DNA from: Antedon mediterranea
Taxonomy: Eukaryota; Animalia; Echinodermata
Direction: 5' to 3'
NCBI RefSeq assembly: GCF_964355755.1
Contig: NC_092671.1
Location: 14,384,001-14,448,000, forward strand
Length of the DNA: 64,000 bases
Under the pieces are notes generated by a model. The model did not search any database. It saw only the letters and a program-made list of their open reading frames with translations, and was not told the DNA's origin. The position numbers were made by a program, and so were the translations under genes. Positions 50,461 to 64,000 of the stretch are shown here, piece by piece (the first letter of the stretch is position 1; each line of letters starts with the position of its first letter).

Positions 50461-53400
50461 AGGGTTAACAGTGATCCGACGATGGTAGTAGCGGCGCTAG
50501 CGAAGAAGATTGTATATATTTATTATTTATATGATGATAGTGAACAGAAGACGATAAACAACAACTCCCTGACGAAACTTATAGAAACAAGAACGAAACA
50601 AGCTACGACTACGATTGACGAGCTCATAAATACTGACGAGTTTATTGCTCTCCTACAAGACTTCCACTGAGTTACTCGTATCGTTCTACCACTATTTACA
50701 TTGTAAGCAATAGGCCTGCAAAAGTCATCTTAAAACATTACCTTCATTTTATAAGAACTAGTAATATTCACAACACATATTAGCCGGCCCTATCGAAAGG
50801 CTTGCAACCGGCCCTAGTTCAAAATACTTCTAAACATAATGTTTTAATATTACCACTAAACAAAAACACTCGACTACACTTTCCTAACTTTTAACAACCT
50901 CCTTCTGTCTGGGAGGGGGGGGGGGGGTGCGGGGAGTTGTAGTTTGTTATGAAACGATACAGGGTTTACTCGCTTATGTTATGTGTTAGGCCTATATTAT
51001 ATGTTGTCTGTTGTGAACTGCTAATCGATGTGGTCTTTAAAGCACTAATTGTTCCAATGTGTACAAGTAAATTATCAATTGTAATTTCCTACAAGATTCT
51101 GTGGTGAATCCTTTCCCTCTACCAATTTATAACCGAGTTTATTTTTTTACACAAAATTGTTAAAAAACGTCGTTTATCCCACAGACACGCAATACACAGT
51201 TATACTGTATATACGGTATACTTATACTGTAGTATTTTTTGGGCATTTAATACGGCAGTAATGTGCCTAGACGGTTATACTGTAGGTAAGTCTGGTAAAT
51301 AAAATGTAGGCTAATTCTATAACTATTACTATTACAAGTTAATTGAAATATATACAGAGCTATACATATTACAGAGTTTAGCGACTATTAGAACTAGGTA
51401 AAAACTAGCCGTTAAAGAGGGCGCTAGCCTAATGACACTCATTTATTTGAAAATGTAAAATATGTTTACAAACTACTTAATTCACAACTATACCTACTAA
51501 AATACAATTCTCAGGTAGGCCTATAATTTTGTTGAGCTTGCAGTAGACACGATAACTTTAACTGAATATAAGCTGTCCTCGCAGCTTATTACAACAAGTC
51601 AACAGCCAAGTTACTTTAGATAATTAAGAAAAAAAACAAAATTGTAAATTACTTGATTACATATTTGTTTACCAACCATGTAGGCCTACTGTATAGTAAT
51701 TTTTCAAGTAACAAGTTATTTAATATAGATTTGTCTCCTAAACATCTTTACAATGATTCGGTAAAACATATTTCGCGAGCACGTTCCTTACTATTAAAAT
51801 TCTGTTTAACGTGATCCATCTATCTATAAACAAAAAAGTGAAAATATAACTCCAACTACCACAATGCTTGGTGCTGGGTGTTGTATCAAGCTGATATTAC
51901 TTTTCACTAAATTTGCATTTATGTATCATGTATGTAAATGATGTAAAAAGGTGATGCAATATAATCATGCTCTGGGACGGATAATTCGTTTAAAAAGAAC
52001 TTATAAAGTCTTCAAAGCTGGGTACAATTTTTCAAAACAATAAATCATGATAATTGTTTACAACCTGCTTTAAATATTATAAAAAATTCACTTTTTTCCC
52101 TAGTAATTTACTTTTCGATTTGAATAAATGTTTACTTTAATTCAGGCTACAATCAACATTATTGCACAGGGAATAAAAAAGCAGACATTGTTGCCGGACA
52201 AAGTGTGTGTTTAGTAGGAGCACCGAGAAATAGAAGCAACTTGTCCTTATTTACAATTACCATAACCATATATATGGTGTCCTAAAACTGATTATTTTTT
52301 TATACGTTTTCATTTTCACCATTTACATATTTATTTAACTTGGTGTTAGTCTATCTTTATTTTCATTTATATTCCATATATACAGTATATATCAATATGC
52401 AAAACAATAAAACAAAATATGTTCAGCGATATCACATATGTGTATATTGTGATAAACACATTATAAAATCTATTTGTTTGGCTATATTGTTAATTATTAC
52501 TCAGTACGGTACCGGTAAAAGAGGAATGATAAACCTCAACTTCATTCCTCTTATAAACTGTTCTTGTTCAACTGTTCAAAATTTTGATTTGGTATGCCAG
52601 AGTGATTACATTCAATAGGTAATATATTACATAAGCTAATATATGGTATTCTTCGGTAGAGTGGAATCTCTTGTATACATTTTACACCTGGTAGATGCCC
52701 TACACACGTTCATGTCAATTACACTAAATATATTTGCTGGAAACATCTAATCTGAGCTACACTACAATAAATTATTCTGAAAAAATACTATTTTTACACC
52801 ATCTGCTATCACAAAATATTTACATCAACAGTAAACTTTAACCCTAAATCTAAAGTAGGTATAGATATAAACTAAATAATAGAGCTTTGCTGTCATTATG
52901 AATGCTTCAGATAGCTAATGTGTCAATGTGTATGTTTCATATTAATAGATATTTTGCATATACAAGAGAACCCCTCCTTTGTGACACACTTTCACTTTTC
53001 AGTGAAACCAACACCACAAAAAATACGGCCAAATTCTATTCAGGGGACACCAGTTTCAAAGGCTTAATAGCGGTTCTAAGAATATTTAATGTATTGATAT
53101 AAAGAACAAATTGTTTTTAAATTCTGTGCGAACCAGTATTAATGCATTTGATCTATAGAATAAAATATAATCTTCTCTTGATGAAAAGAAATAAAAACTA
53201 AACCTAAAATAGAATTTATCTTAACATTACTAATATTGTAGCTAGGAAAAGTGTATGATTATGTACAAAATATATTTGATTGAATGTTAATACTGCTAAA
53301 ACTATTCTGGACTAAAATTCTATCAAAGACCATACACCCCGGCTTAAAATTTAAACCATACATTGATGCACATATGTGTAAACCACAATCTAAAAAATAA

Positions 53401-54857
53401 TATCTAAAATGGATACTATTATAAGAGAATATGATTGTGTTTAACGAGTATAAATAAATAATATTAATAAGATTGTATTGTGTGTTTTTTTTGGAGGTTA
53501 ATTCTCAAAATTACAAACTGAATATAAATGAATATTGCCCCACGGCTCGTAGCTATAACCTCCATTTGTATAAAAACATTGGTTTTTTTTTCAAATTTGA
53601 AACATTTGATTATCATGCCAGCAGTTTTTCATTTTTTGCACAACACATCAGAAAATCTGATTGCAGTTAGTGTTAGCTAAGGTAAGCTAGCTAACTGCGA
53701 CAGTTTTTGTTTGTTCCTGTCCTGATTGGATTGCTTTTAAACACAAGAATAAATTCCGGTAATTTAATTTTTCCTAAACCAGTATGATTTTTTTCTGGTA
53801 AAAAATGTACCATATTCGACTGGCTTACTGCGAAAAAGATCGCAGTTGTATTTAGCGAAAACGTGCTGTGTGAGAACGTGGTATTTTGCAGCTAAGTACC
53901 ATGTCATGCAGTAAAGTTTATAATGTAAACCATAGTTATACACTGCTTGTATTTCTGTAAAGACAGTCTAATATGTATAGATACTTCCGGAAACGCTATG
54001 TATCATTGTCGGTATATATGTAAGAAAATTACACTAATTGTTTCTTTTACAATTAGCTATTCCTCATAAGCTTGGCATTTAAAAAAAAAATACTGATATG
54101 TTTTTGTACATTTGATAATGAATAAAAATAAAAAATTAAATTAAAGAATTAACTTAAACTCAATGAAAAACATAATTTGTATTGCAATTAATTTTTAAAA
54201 TATTACAAAAAATAACAAAAGGAAAGACAAATTTTGAATTAATTGTACAATTTGATTTCAAAATGGGTTGTTTTAAAAAGTAATAATCATTTCAGTATAA
54301 AATAAATTTTTAGAACAAAATAAAAATATTAATGATTGTTATTAATAATAATTATAACCATAGTAATTTAATATAATATTCATATAGCATGGCATCAAAT
54401 TTTGTGGCAAAAATATATATAGTTGTTAAATTTCAGTTAAATAAATTAAGACAAATAAAATTTAATAAAAAGCTTAAAACCACTTGTTTCACATAGACAC
54501 AACCTCTACATATATCTAACATAAAATATACACAATATTGTAATACACATTGGCAAATCCTACCTATACAAACTATGTTACGTTTTAGTTTCTCCGCCCA
54601 TAAGTATTTTTGCGTCCTCATTTTAAACTGGACACCGACAAAATGTTGGATCAGGCCCATGTTTCTTTAAACCATCTTCCCTATTTTGTTTGCACTACTA
54701 TTTCTGGACCCTGTTTCCGTATTGTTTTTTTGTTGGCCCTTACTCCCTGTTTTTGACCCACCACAGAGATATATCTATATAATATTCTATATAACTTAAT
54801 AATAAAATAAGTACAGTTGTTTGATTAATTGGTAGCTATTTACACTTCGACCTTGTC

Positions 54858-55144
54858 TCATGTTTCTTCTTTAATTTCTGTAGTACAAGCTGTTTCCTTT
54901 AGTTCGTCATTCTCTTTAGTTTCACTGTTATCCTCACAACAACCTAATTTCTCCTCCTGTATTATAGCCATCTTGTTGCTATCTTCTTTCTCTTTTATTT
55001 CTTGTTTTTCTTTTCTTTTCTGTTCTTCCTCTTCTGCTTTTAATATTTTCACCCACATTTCATGGTTTTCTTTTAAGTGTTTTGTTAAAATACTTGTCAT
55101 TTTTCTGGTTTTGTTTTTTCCTCTTACTCGGAATTTAGCATTTC
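54858..55144 (-). CDS. PDE3: PDE3 cGMP-inhibited phosphodiesterase, terminal coding exon
   Basis: Acceptor TTTTTAG| in phase 1. NAKFRVRGKNKTRKMTSILTKHLKENHEMW...EET*, where HL.ENH.MW is the PDE3 final helix. A long AT-rich 3' UTR follows, with AATAAA candidates near 52330-52360. Confidence 0.9.
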
Positions 55145-55835
55145 CTAAAAAATATAAATTAATTTAGAAAATTAAAGGTGCGCCATTTCTTAATAATATT
55201 TGATACAATAAAAAAAAATTAAAACAATATAATTTCTACTACAGTAATTAGAAATAAAATAAGAATATAAAACCTAAGTATGTATATACAGTATTAAAAT
55301 GTTTGTACGTAGAAATGTAACTAAAATAATCTTTTGGAATTCACCGATACATACGAACGAGACGCTATTTAACATAATATTACATCACAGACGTCTTTTC
55401 TAAATCCTTTTATATTAATAAGTAAAAGTGTATTAAGATGTTAGTTGTGGAATGCGACTAAAAAATAATATGTAATCCCTGGATACACATTGAGTTTATG
55501 AAACATGCAATTCTCATGGCGATTAATCTAGAATAATCCAAAGATAAGAAAGTTTGTCACAGTCACAATTTATCTGTTTAAGGTCAAGGTCTTCAAGAAA
55601 ATTCAGTTTTCCATTCTCATGAACTGGTATGGTAACACGCTTTAAAAAAATGTCTTATATAATTATCATATTTTTCGAATTGTTTTTCTTATATTCAATA
55701 TATGAACATTTGCATTTTATGGCATGAAAGTTTAAAAAAACAAAACTCTGGATTTAGAGCAGAACAAAAATGGGAAATACGACTTATTTTGTCCGGTGAT
55801 TATAATCGCTTTTAAGCCTGAGATGATCTACTTAC

Positions 55836-55949
55836 CTGTAGCACCTTCACTTGATGTGTCCTCTTCCTCAATCTCGTCCTCATCATCTTCCTCTTTCACC
55901 TTCGGCATTGGAAACGAATCGTCAAATGTAGGTAACTTCTTGCTTTTTT
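55836..55949 (-). CDS. PDE3: PDE3 exon (acidic region)
   Basis: AG/GT-bounded 114 nt, phase 1-1: EKSKKLPTFDDSFPMPKVKEEDDEDEIEEEDTSSEGAT. Confidence 0.85.
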
Positions 55950-56524
55950 CTACAGAAAATAACAACATTAATAATTAATATAATTATAATATAAAATGTA
56001 TTAATTACAGATATTAAATAAGACATAAATTACGATAACCATTAAAATCCTGACTTAACCTTATAAAAGAGGTAAATGTTATGGAACCTACATCCACACC
56101 ATATGAGTACATGCACAGCGCATCAAGCTGCTTCGTGAATAATCACTTTCTAAACCACAATTATTATTATTATTATTATTATTATTATCATCATATTGAT
56201 AAAAATACAGTATAATAATAATTAATTCAAGATTATCATGAATATTCATATTATTTAGGCCACAAGTGCTCCAAATTTCAGGAGAAAAAAGACCAGCTGT
56301 AGTACATAAGACCAATAAGATCCAATATCTATAGTTACAACTAATATATCTCCATTATAAAGCTTATCATATCAACCAAATAAATTAATTATGTATAATA
56401 TAAATGCTTTAATTGGAGGCCAAATAGACAGTAAAAATGTATATATATATATCATTGACCCAAAATTAAATCATCTTTACACAGCTGTATGATAATTATA
56501 GAATATAAAATGATTGACACATAC

Positions 56525-56711
56525 CATCATCATCTTCACTGTCACTGGACTCGTCGACCCACACTCCTGGCAGCAGACCAGCCGACCCATAAGAGTTACA
56601 CAGCGGTGCCACTAGGTGATTTATAAACCCTTCTTGTAATTTTGGTAGCTGGGCATTATGTCTGTCCATGTAAGGAGAGACAGGTAGACCCATTTTTCTC
56701 TCATCGTCACC
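56525..56711 (-). CDS. PDE3: PDE3 catalytic-domain exon
   Basis: GDDERKMGLPVSPYMDR...KLQEGFINHLVAPLCNSY..AGLLPG.W, containing the invariant Gln. 187 nt, phase 0-1. Confidence 0.95.
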
Positions 56712-56976
56712 CTTAAAATTAAAAATAATTTTAATTTTTTTAGTGATGTATTTTTTTTTATAATCATCCAAATGTCAATTATTACCTTTTCTATCTACAT
56801 TTATATCAAAATGGAATTATATATAATTGTTAGTAATTCTCTTTTTTTTAAATAAAGTGTACAGTTGATTGATATTAGAAAGAGACGTTGTCAATACAAA
56901 AACTGGCTAAAATGTGCATATTTACATAAATTGACAAGATAAAATGACCCAAATTCCTAGACAAATTAGAGGATAC

Positions 56977-57138
56977 CTGATCATAAAATTCTTCAGTAAT
57001 ACGATTTGTCCAGTTGATGTGAAGATCTTTGGTTTTCGTTGGGCCACAAATGTCGGCTAGCTTGATGCACATCTGGCAAGCAAGCATCCGGTCATTCTCA
57101 GAGGCCCAGTTGATGCCAGGTGCATCAATATCATTCAC
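56977..57138 (-). CDS. PDE3: PDE3 catalytic-domain exon
   Basis: VNDIDAPGINWASENDRMLACQMCIKLADICGPTK...EEFYDQ. 162 nt, phase 0-0. Confidence 0.95.
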
Positions 57139-57752
57139 CTGAAAATTGACGATATATTTAAAATCAAATGGTACAGCACCTGCTATTGTCTATTAACATA
57201 AATTTGTTTAATTTCTATTAGGAAGTTATTAAAAGAAAGTTTCACGTGTGCAATAAATAACATCGTGTTATGATGGGACACTGAAGGTAGAATGGCATGT
57301 CAATTAAAGCATTATATATTGGTAGTCTACAATATTACATGGAGTGATACTTAACTACTCTCCACATGCATGTCTGTTGCGCAATGTACAACAAGAAGCA
57401 TAGAAAGATTTATTTTTCCACTTTTGGCAGAATATTATTAAAAACATTTGGCCATTACCTAATATTGATAAACCCCTTGTTGGAAAAATCATTTATGTTT
57501 GCTTGTATCCCTACGACTGATGCCATAAACTATACCCTTACTATATCCTAGGATTTAAGTACGTCTATGAATAGCAGTGCATGTCATTTTCTCAAACATA
57601 AATACTTACTATCTGAAGTTATACATAATTATAACAATAATTTCCTTAAGTACCTCGTTCAATTAAGCACCCCCCAGAGAGCATTAAAAATGTTTTATGT
57701 GTCAAAGTGTTATTCTCAATTCTTTTGAACACGCAGCGATATCCATGGTCTA

Positions 57753-58067
<315 letters not shown>

Positions 58068-58203
58068 CTATGACGATGTGGATATATATAAGAATTTGTA
58101 TCTTACAATATTGATCTCGTTGGAATTAATTTTGTAAAAATGTTCTTGTCTTGATTGAAGTGTCATTTTTAGATAATAATAATCATTATCAATAAATAAC
58201 TTA

Positions 58204-58434
<231 letters not shown>

Positions 58435-59638
58435 TTATCAGTTAATACATTTATATAACAAATGTGTAATATTAATATGCATTGTACAGTTGCACAAGAA
58501 GCAGTACTTGATATTGCCTTGAACTAGGTACATTTATTATTTCTTAGTGATATTTCCAAATATTGCCGACAGCAAATTTAATCACTGTTCTAATAGGCAA
58601 TCCATTCACACAAAACATATTCACTGTATAGAGAAAACATCTTATAAAAAGGGAGTGGAATATTTAAAAAAAGAAAAAAAAAACAGATCAAAGATGGATT
58701 TAGAATTGGTAGTTTATTAACTTGAATTTAAGCATAATATTTTCCAAAGAGACTTTATATATACAAACAAAATGTTTTGTACCATGTACTGTAGAAATAA
58801 TCATCAATACAAAAGGTAATCCAAAATATTAATCACAATTTTTTTTTATGAATTGTAACATAACATAAATCTTAAGTCACATTGAAGAAACAGCAATTTA
58901 TCACTCACTAAGCAACTAGAAATTTTAAAAAATATCACCAGGCAGGACAAACAAACAAGGACAAAAACAATACCCCTGGCAAAAGTAATTATCTGAGCTT
59001 TTAAGTGATTTAATAGGCAGCAGGCTTCAAGCCGTATGTTCTAACATGAAATATAAATTGTAAAGTAGATTTGATAGCAAGGCAATGCGTCATGTTTCTT
59101 TCAAATGTGATGCGTTCTCTTAAACACATCAAAACATTTCATCAGTATATTGACGTAAATAAGAAGAAATTGGTATTTGGAAATAAATTCAATGCGAGTG
59201 TGGATTAGAAGAAAGAATGACGTAAAGTGCATTGTTGTTGTTTTCAACTACAAACAAGAGCAGCATATAATCACCATATTTGGTAAAATATAATACAATA
59301 CTCGAATAAAAAATGACCTCTCAAATTAGGCTTCTTTTAAGACACAATGCTTGATTGGAGTATAATAAATATTGAGTAAAGCCATAGTTTTGTAAAAATA
59401 CTAATCAAATCTTGTAGTTGAAACCCATGGGCATTTAATAGGTCAAATTCAGTAATTGTATAGATTACACGGAGATGATATCTGCTAATTCTACTAAAAG
59501 TCTTCTATAACATTTATACTAAAATGTTGGTATAAGATTTCATTCTGTCATGCCATAATTATGCAAATTTATGTGCAACAGTGCTGAAAAAATATTTGCT
59601 AGTATGCAAATTTTATGCAAATTTGATGCGAGTTTTAC

Positions 59639-59761
59639 CATCTGATCCTTCTTTCATGTTGTCCTGATCATCAACGTTGACTTGAGTGAATCCAGGGATT
59701 TGTTGAGTAGATAGATAGTACACAGCATGGAGTACATCGGCGGCATGCACTCGGTTGTGAT
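59639..59761 (-). CDS. PDE3: PDE3 catalytic-domain exon
   Basis: (Y)HNRVHAADVLHAVYYLSTQQIPGF..., the start of the PDE3-specific insert. 123 nt, phase 1-1. Confidence 0.95.
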
Positions 59762-59859
59762 CTGTAAAATTACAAAATTCGTAAATAATTGACGAACAAG
59801 TAGTGTAGTTGAAATATGTCACATAAATATACAGGAATAGAGAAACTCTAAACTACGCA

Positions 59860-60000
59860 GTGATATACTGAAAATTAATTAAAGAGAGAATTTAAAAAAA
59901 GCCACACAAACCAAGATTCGAACTACAGTAGGTAGTAGACACTCAACCATTAGACCACTGGAGCTTTCATGGAATGGTTCAATTCTGATTGGATGACGAC
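59860..60000 (-). mobile_element. Dispersed repeat with tRNA-like segment, copy 2 (intronic)
   Basis: Colinear with 539-710. Confidence 0.5.
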
Positions 60001-62823
60001 AAAATGTTTATTTAGCTGTTTACTTATCTCAATATAATTCATTTGCCAGCCAGTCAATTATAGTCAAGTTAGCACTTTTAAATAAACATATTAAACATAC
60101 AATACATAACAACCAGCAGTTATTATTAATATCATTGAACCATTGCAAAAAAACAAACAAAACAAACTAGTGGTAAATGAATAGACCGATGCACACATTA
60201 ATTGGAAAACTGGATTGATCTTATTGTTATTTATATAGAAAAAGTTCAAAACAACTATTTATTCAATGATACAGATTAAATATGAAAATATTTATAAAGT
60301 TATTACTTTATTGAAATCAACTTTCACTTACAGTGATAGGAAATTTACCAATATTTTAAGCAATAAATAAATAAAATATATCGCCCTTTTATTATTCTCC
60401 TGTTTGCCAATCCAGGTACCTGATTCAATGTACCTAGTTGTGTTGCATTTTGAGACATTTTTCCTACGAACATGATTGCAGGGTACTGTAGTACAATTAT
60501 ATTTTGTACTATGTTTTTATGTCTTTTCAATTTCGTTTCGTAAATTATTGTCAATCAAGAAGAGAAAATTATATAAGGGGAAATTGATGAATCTATGCAA
60601 GCAGAAAACAAGACAGAAGAGTCAGAGTCCTATGAGATGAAAGCTGTTGACAGACAACAGAACAATAGTAAAAAATGACTTTATAATGCAAAACAATAAA
60701 TATTTAAATATGTTTGTTGGTAGATGAGCTACAATTGGTAGCTCCTCATTCAGACATGATTACCTCTACCATGTCTAAAAAAAAAAATATATATATTTGT
60801 GGTGTATTTGGATACTACCACTTGGCGACATGCTTCATGGAATGTATCATTGTCTGATAGGGGTATTTAATGAACAGTATATGTACAGTATTTCAGTGCT
60901 CTTCTCAAAGAGAAAAATGGCAATTTCGGTTTATCCAGGTATACTGTAAGCTAGACAGATGAGTTACAAAATCAACTAACCTGTATTTATAAATTTAAGT
61001 TGTTACTGGGATGACAATGCAAAGAAAAGGTATATAATACTACCACTACAAATTTAAATGGAGATATTTTAATAAAATCCTAAAAAACATATCATTACCG
61101 TTGCTAGCACTGATGAAGATCAAGATTTAAATGTCAAGTGTTATAAAGAATCATTACTCATGAATGCCCATTATTTTGTGTATATAACGGAAGTAGGCCT
61201 AGGTGGAGGAAATCATCAAAAGTCAGGTTGATTAAAAAAATGAGGATTTAAATTGATGAATTGATATTTTTTCAATTGACATTTTTAATAAAAAATAAAT
61301 GAAATAAGAGATTTAAAAAAACATTGCAATATTTTATTGAACATGCATATTTGAAAAGAAAATATGGTAATAATGAATATAGGATTTAAGAAGAAAACAA
61401 CCAGAAGCTTACAATAATAATTTATTAAACCTAACGATTTCAAAAGAAATAAATGAATGATTTTCATTGATAAAGGTCACAAAGATTATAAATTCTTGTA
61501 AAGAGATATGGAAAGTACCTTCATATTTACAGGTAATTAAAAATGTTTAGTAAAAGATAATGCTGTAATTAACATCTAAATGTTAAAACAAAATGTAATA
61601 TCGCAATTAAATATTTGTAAAATAATAATTTTCAACATAATTATTCCCAGAAATGTTGAATACCGTTCTTGAAACCATAATCAAATAATATGATAATTAA
61701 AATTTCAATATTTCTTTCTCTTCAACAAGAATCAGATGGTACAAATATGGAGTCAGAATTTACAAGTAAATAATATTTAAAGATGAAATATGCAGTGCTA
61801 ATGAAAATATTAACAACCATATTTCTTTATTATCGATAAGAGCCAAGTCATCAGGTGTCAAAAAATGCAATCCTACACAGCAAGGTATCATGATGAGTAG
61901 CAGCAGCAAAATTAACTTACAAGTAGACTTATATCACAATATAATGTAAATGCAGTCGGCGTTAAACACATTACCTCAGCTTGAGACAAATTCTATGGCA
62001 CATAAATTTGTGTAATCTTCAATTACAGATTGTCAATACGTCTTTTAAGTACGAATTAAATTTTCGTATAATTTTATTTGAAAAATATAACACGAAAACA
62101 GAATTTTGGAAATTATTATTAGGTAATTACATTTGTCTTTGCAATATAAAATAGTGATTTCCATATTTGTTCTGGGCTGAATTTGAATTATCTGAATAAT
62201 AAACATTTTCTTTGCTTTAAAAAAAAAAAAAACTATTTATATTAATTTCAGTAGAAATTTAGTACCGGTTTATTACATATAATTTCAATCCGTTTTGAAT
62301 GTTAAATTCAATTAATGTATGATTTTCAATTGTTCACTTGTTACAAATTGGTAAGAGATAATATCTTCAATATAATTGAATAATAATCTCTACATCTGGC
62401 AACATAATGAATGAAGTATAGTAACAACATGAACATTTCCATGAATTATGTATAACACTAAAAATTACAATTACTATACATAAAAATGATACAACTTTAC
62501 TGTACATTTAAAATGTTAAACTATTGTAAATGATGATGACACAATGTAATAAAACCATTTCATATTAATTTGTCAAAGAATTGAATTGGATGGATGTCAT
62601 TAGAGAAGAATGAATAGAGTAATTATGCAGTAGAGAATGCTCACATGAAAATAACAGTATTAATGAATCTAAGGAGCTTTTGACTTGATCACATGAATGA
62701 AACTTTTGTCCTAGTGTCCTTGTAAAGTACAGTATACTGTTAGTTAAAGCACAGCATTCTGTTTAGTGTTTGTAAGATAAATCATTTAGATGATCCAAAA
62801 GATCTCCACTGTGTCCCACCTTA

Positions 62824-63130
62824 GTCCAATATGGCCATATAGGATATACGGCGTTGAAACACAGTTATCATCATACAACCGAAGCAAATTTCTGGATGGG
62901 AGACCGTCTTGGATTGTGTTGGGTGCAGTATATAGTGAAGAGAGTGATGGTATAAAGGTAATATCGGACTAGCAATTGATAGGCATGGGTTCGAGCCTAT
63001 CTTTAGTATACTAATTATCCTTAGATGCTTTATTCTCATTGCCTCATCCTTCTGATGGGATGTAAAGCTGTTGGTCCCGTGGACATATAGTGCATGTTAA
63101 AGAACTTGGTACAATATTTGAAAAGTGTGA
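62824..63130 (+). mobile_element. Chimeric SINE: 5S rRNA-derived head + tRNA-derived segment + Deu-like core
   Basis: GGCCATA..CGTTGAAACAC..ACCGAAG..TGGATGGGAGACCGTCTTGGA (5S box C-like), then TGGTATAAAGG/GGTTCGAGCC (tRNA box A/B), then CCTTCTGATGGGATGTAAAGCTGTTGGTCCC..GCATGTTAAAGAAC (Deu-domain-like). Confidence 0.65.
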
Positions 63131-63670
63131 TTGTACTTGAGGACCAGTATAAATACATTTACATACATGATGTTCTTACCACACATGCACATGTTTTTTC
63201 AGCAAGAACCACATTCTCGTGACAGTAGTGTACTGACTGAATTATAAATGCAGCTTAATAGAAACCTTTCAGTGGCTGCAAGCATCCTTCGGCAAAGATG
63301 TTTACTCTTAAATATTGCCTCATTTTTTTAATGGGATTATACAAGCGATGTGCACAAAGAATTCTCTATTCAAAAGAATAGGGAATCAACTTTTAATAAA
63401 CAAATCGTGGTTACCAAGTAACTGTGGCTTGCACCATGAGTGCCTTGTTGATAAAATACAAATATCGTCATTTTACACTTTGTTCCAATTAATAAATAAA
63501 AAACTTTCTTCAATCATAAATTAAACCTATGTCTTCCTCTAATTTACGACCACTCTCATAGATCACTTTCTGTTTTATATTTAATCAAGTAGTTTTAAAG
63601 TGATTCTAGAGATTAAAAAAAAAAGGTCTTTAACTACAGGGAGACATGTACAGTATTAATTAAGTTTTCA

Positions 63671-63787
<117 letters not shown>

Positions 63788-64000
63788 CTAAGAAAAGTAT
63801 AGAAAAGATGATATATGATTTAGTATTTAGTATATTAGTTATACATGAATTATTAGAGTGAAACAAAACATTTAAGCAATTATGTAATAAAACATTACCC
63901 ACATATTGGCAGAGAGTATGATGAAATTTTGATGAAAATTGAGCTAGACTTGGCCTTCGCAATATACAATTTGTATGTTGAGATTATTAGTATTAGCAAA

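Noticed and set aside
50911-50935. G-run with G-quadruplex potential
   Set aside because: A simple homopolymer with no supporting context.
54829-55978. Ser-rich plus-strand ORFs
   Set aside because: Antisense shadows of the acidic and Lys-rich PDE3 exons.

Overview
AT-rich (roughly 30-33% GC by eye) animal genomic DNA with GT-AG introns. It is probably an invertebrate deuterostome such as an echinoderm, but that is inference only. Three protein-coding loci are supported, all on the minus strand. (1) A divergent single-exon group-A bHLH gene at 33564-34316. (2) An achaete-scute b-type (ASCL3/4/5-like) bHLH gene at 39982-40476, with a predicted spliced 5' leader and a promoter near 44.3-44.6 kb. 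(3) The last eight coding exons of a PDE3 phosphodiesterase at 54858-63787, whose splice phases all join correctly. The first ~33 kb has no supported gene; it is filled with MITEs, SINE/LINE relics, minisatellites and a ~130-bp satellite array. Best leads: strong excess of TA-N3-7-TA words (TAGGCCTA, TACCGGTA) that are shown to be insertions at TA, i.e. probable transposon excision footprints; an orphan bHLH with SCL-like basic/helix 1 and ASC-like helix 2; an AmnSINE1-like 5S+tRNA+Deu chimeric SINE; a minimal hammerhead ribozyme; a decayed copy of the ASC bHLH inside its own predicted intron; and an AUG-less in-frame upstream extension of the ASC gene. No prokaryote-type system (CRISPR, operon) is present.
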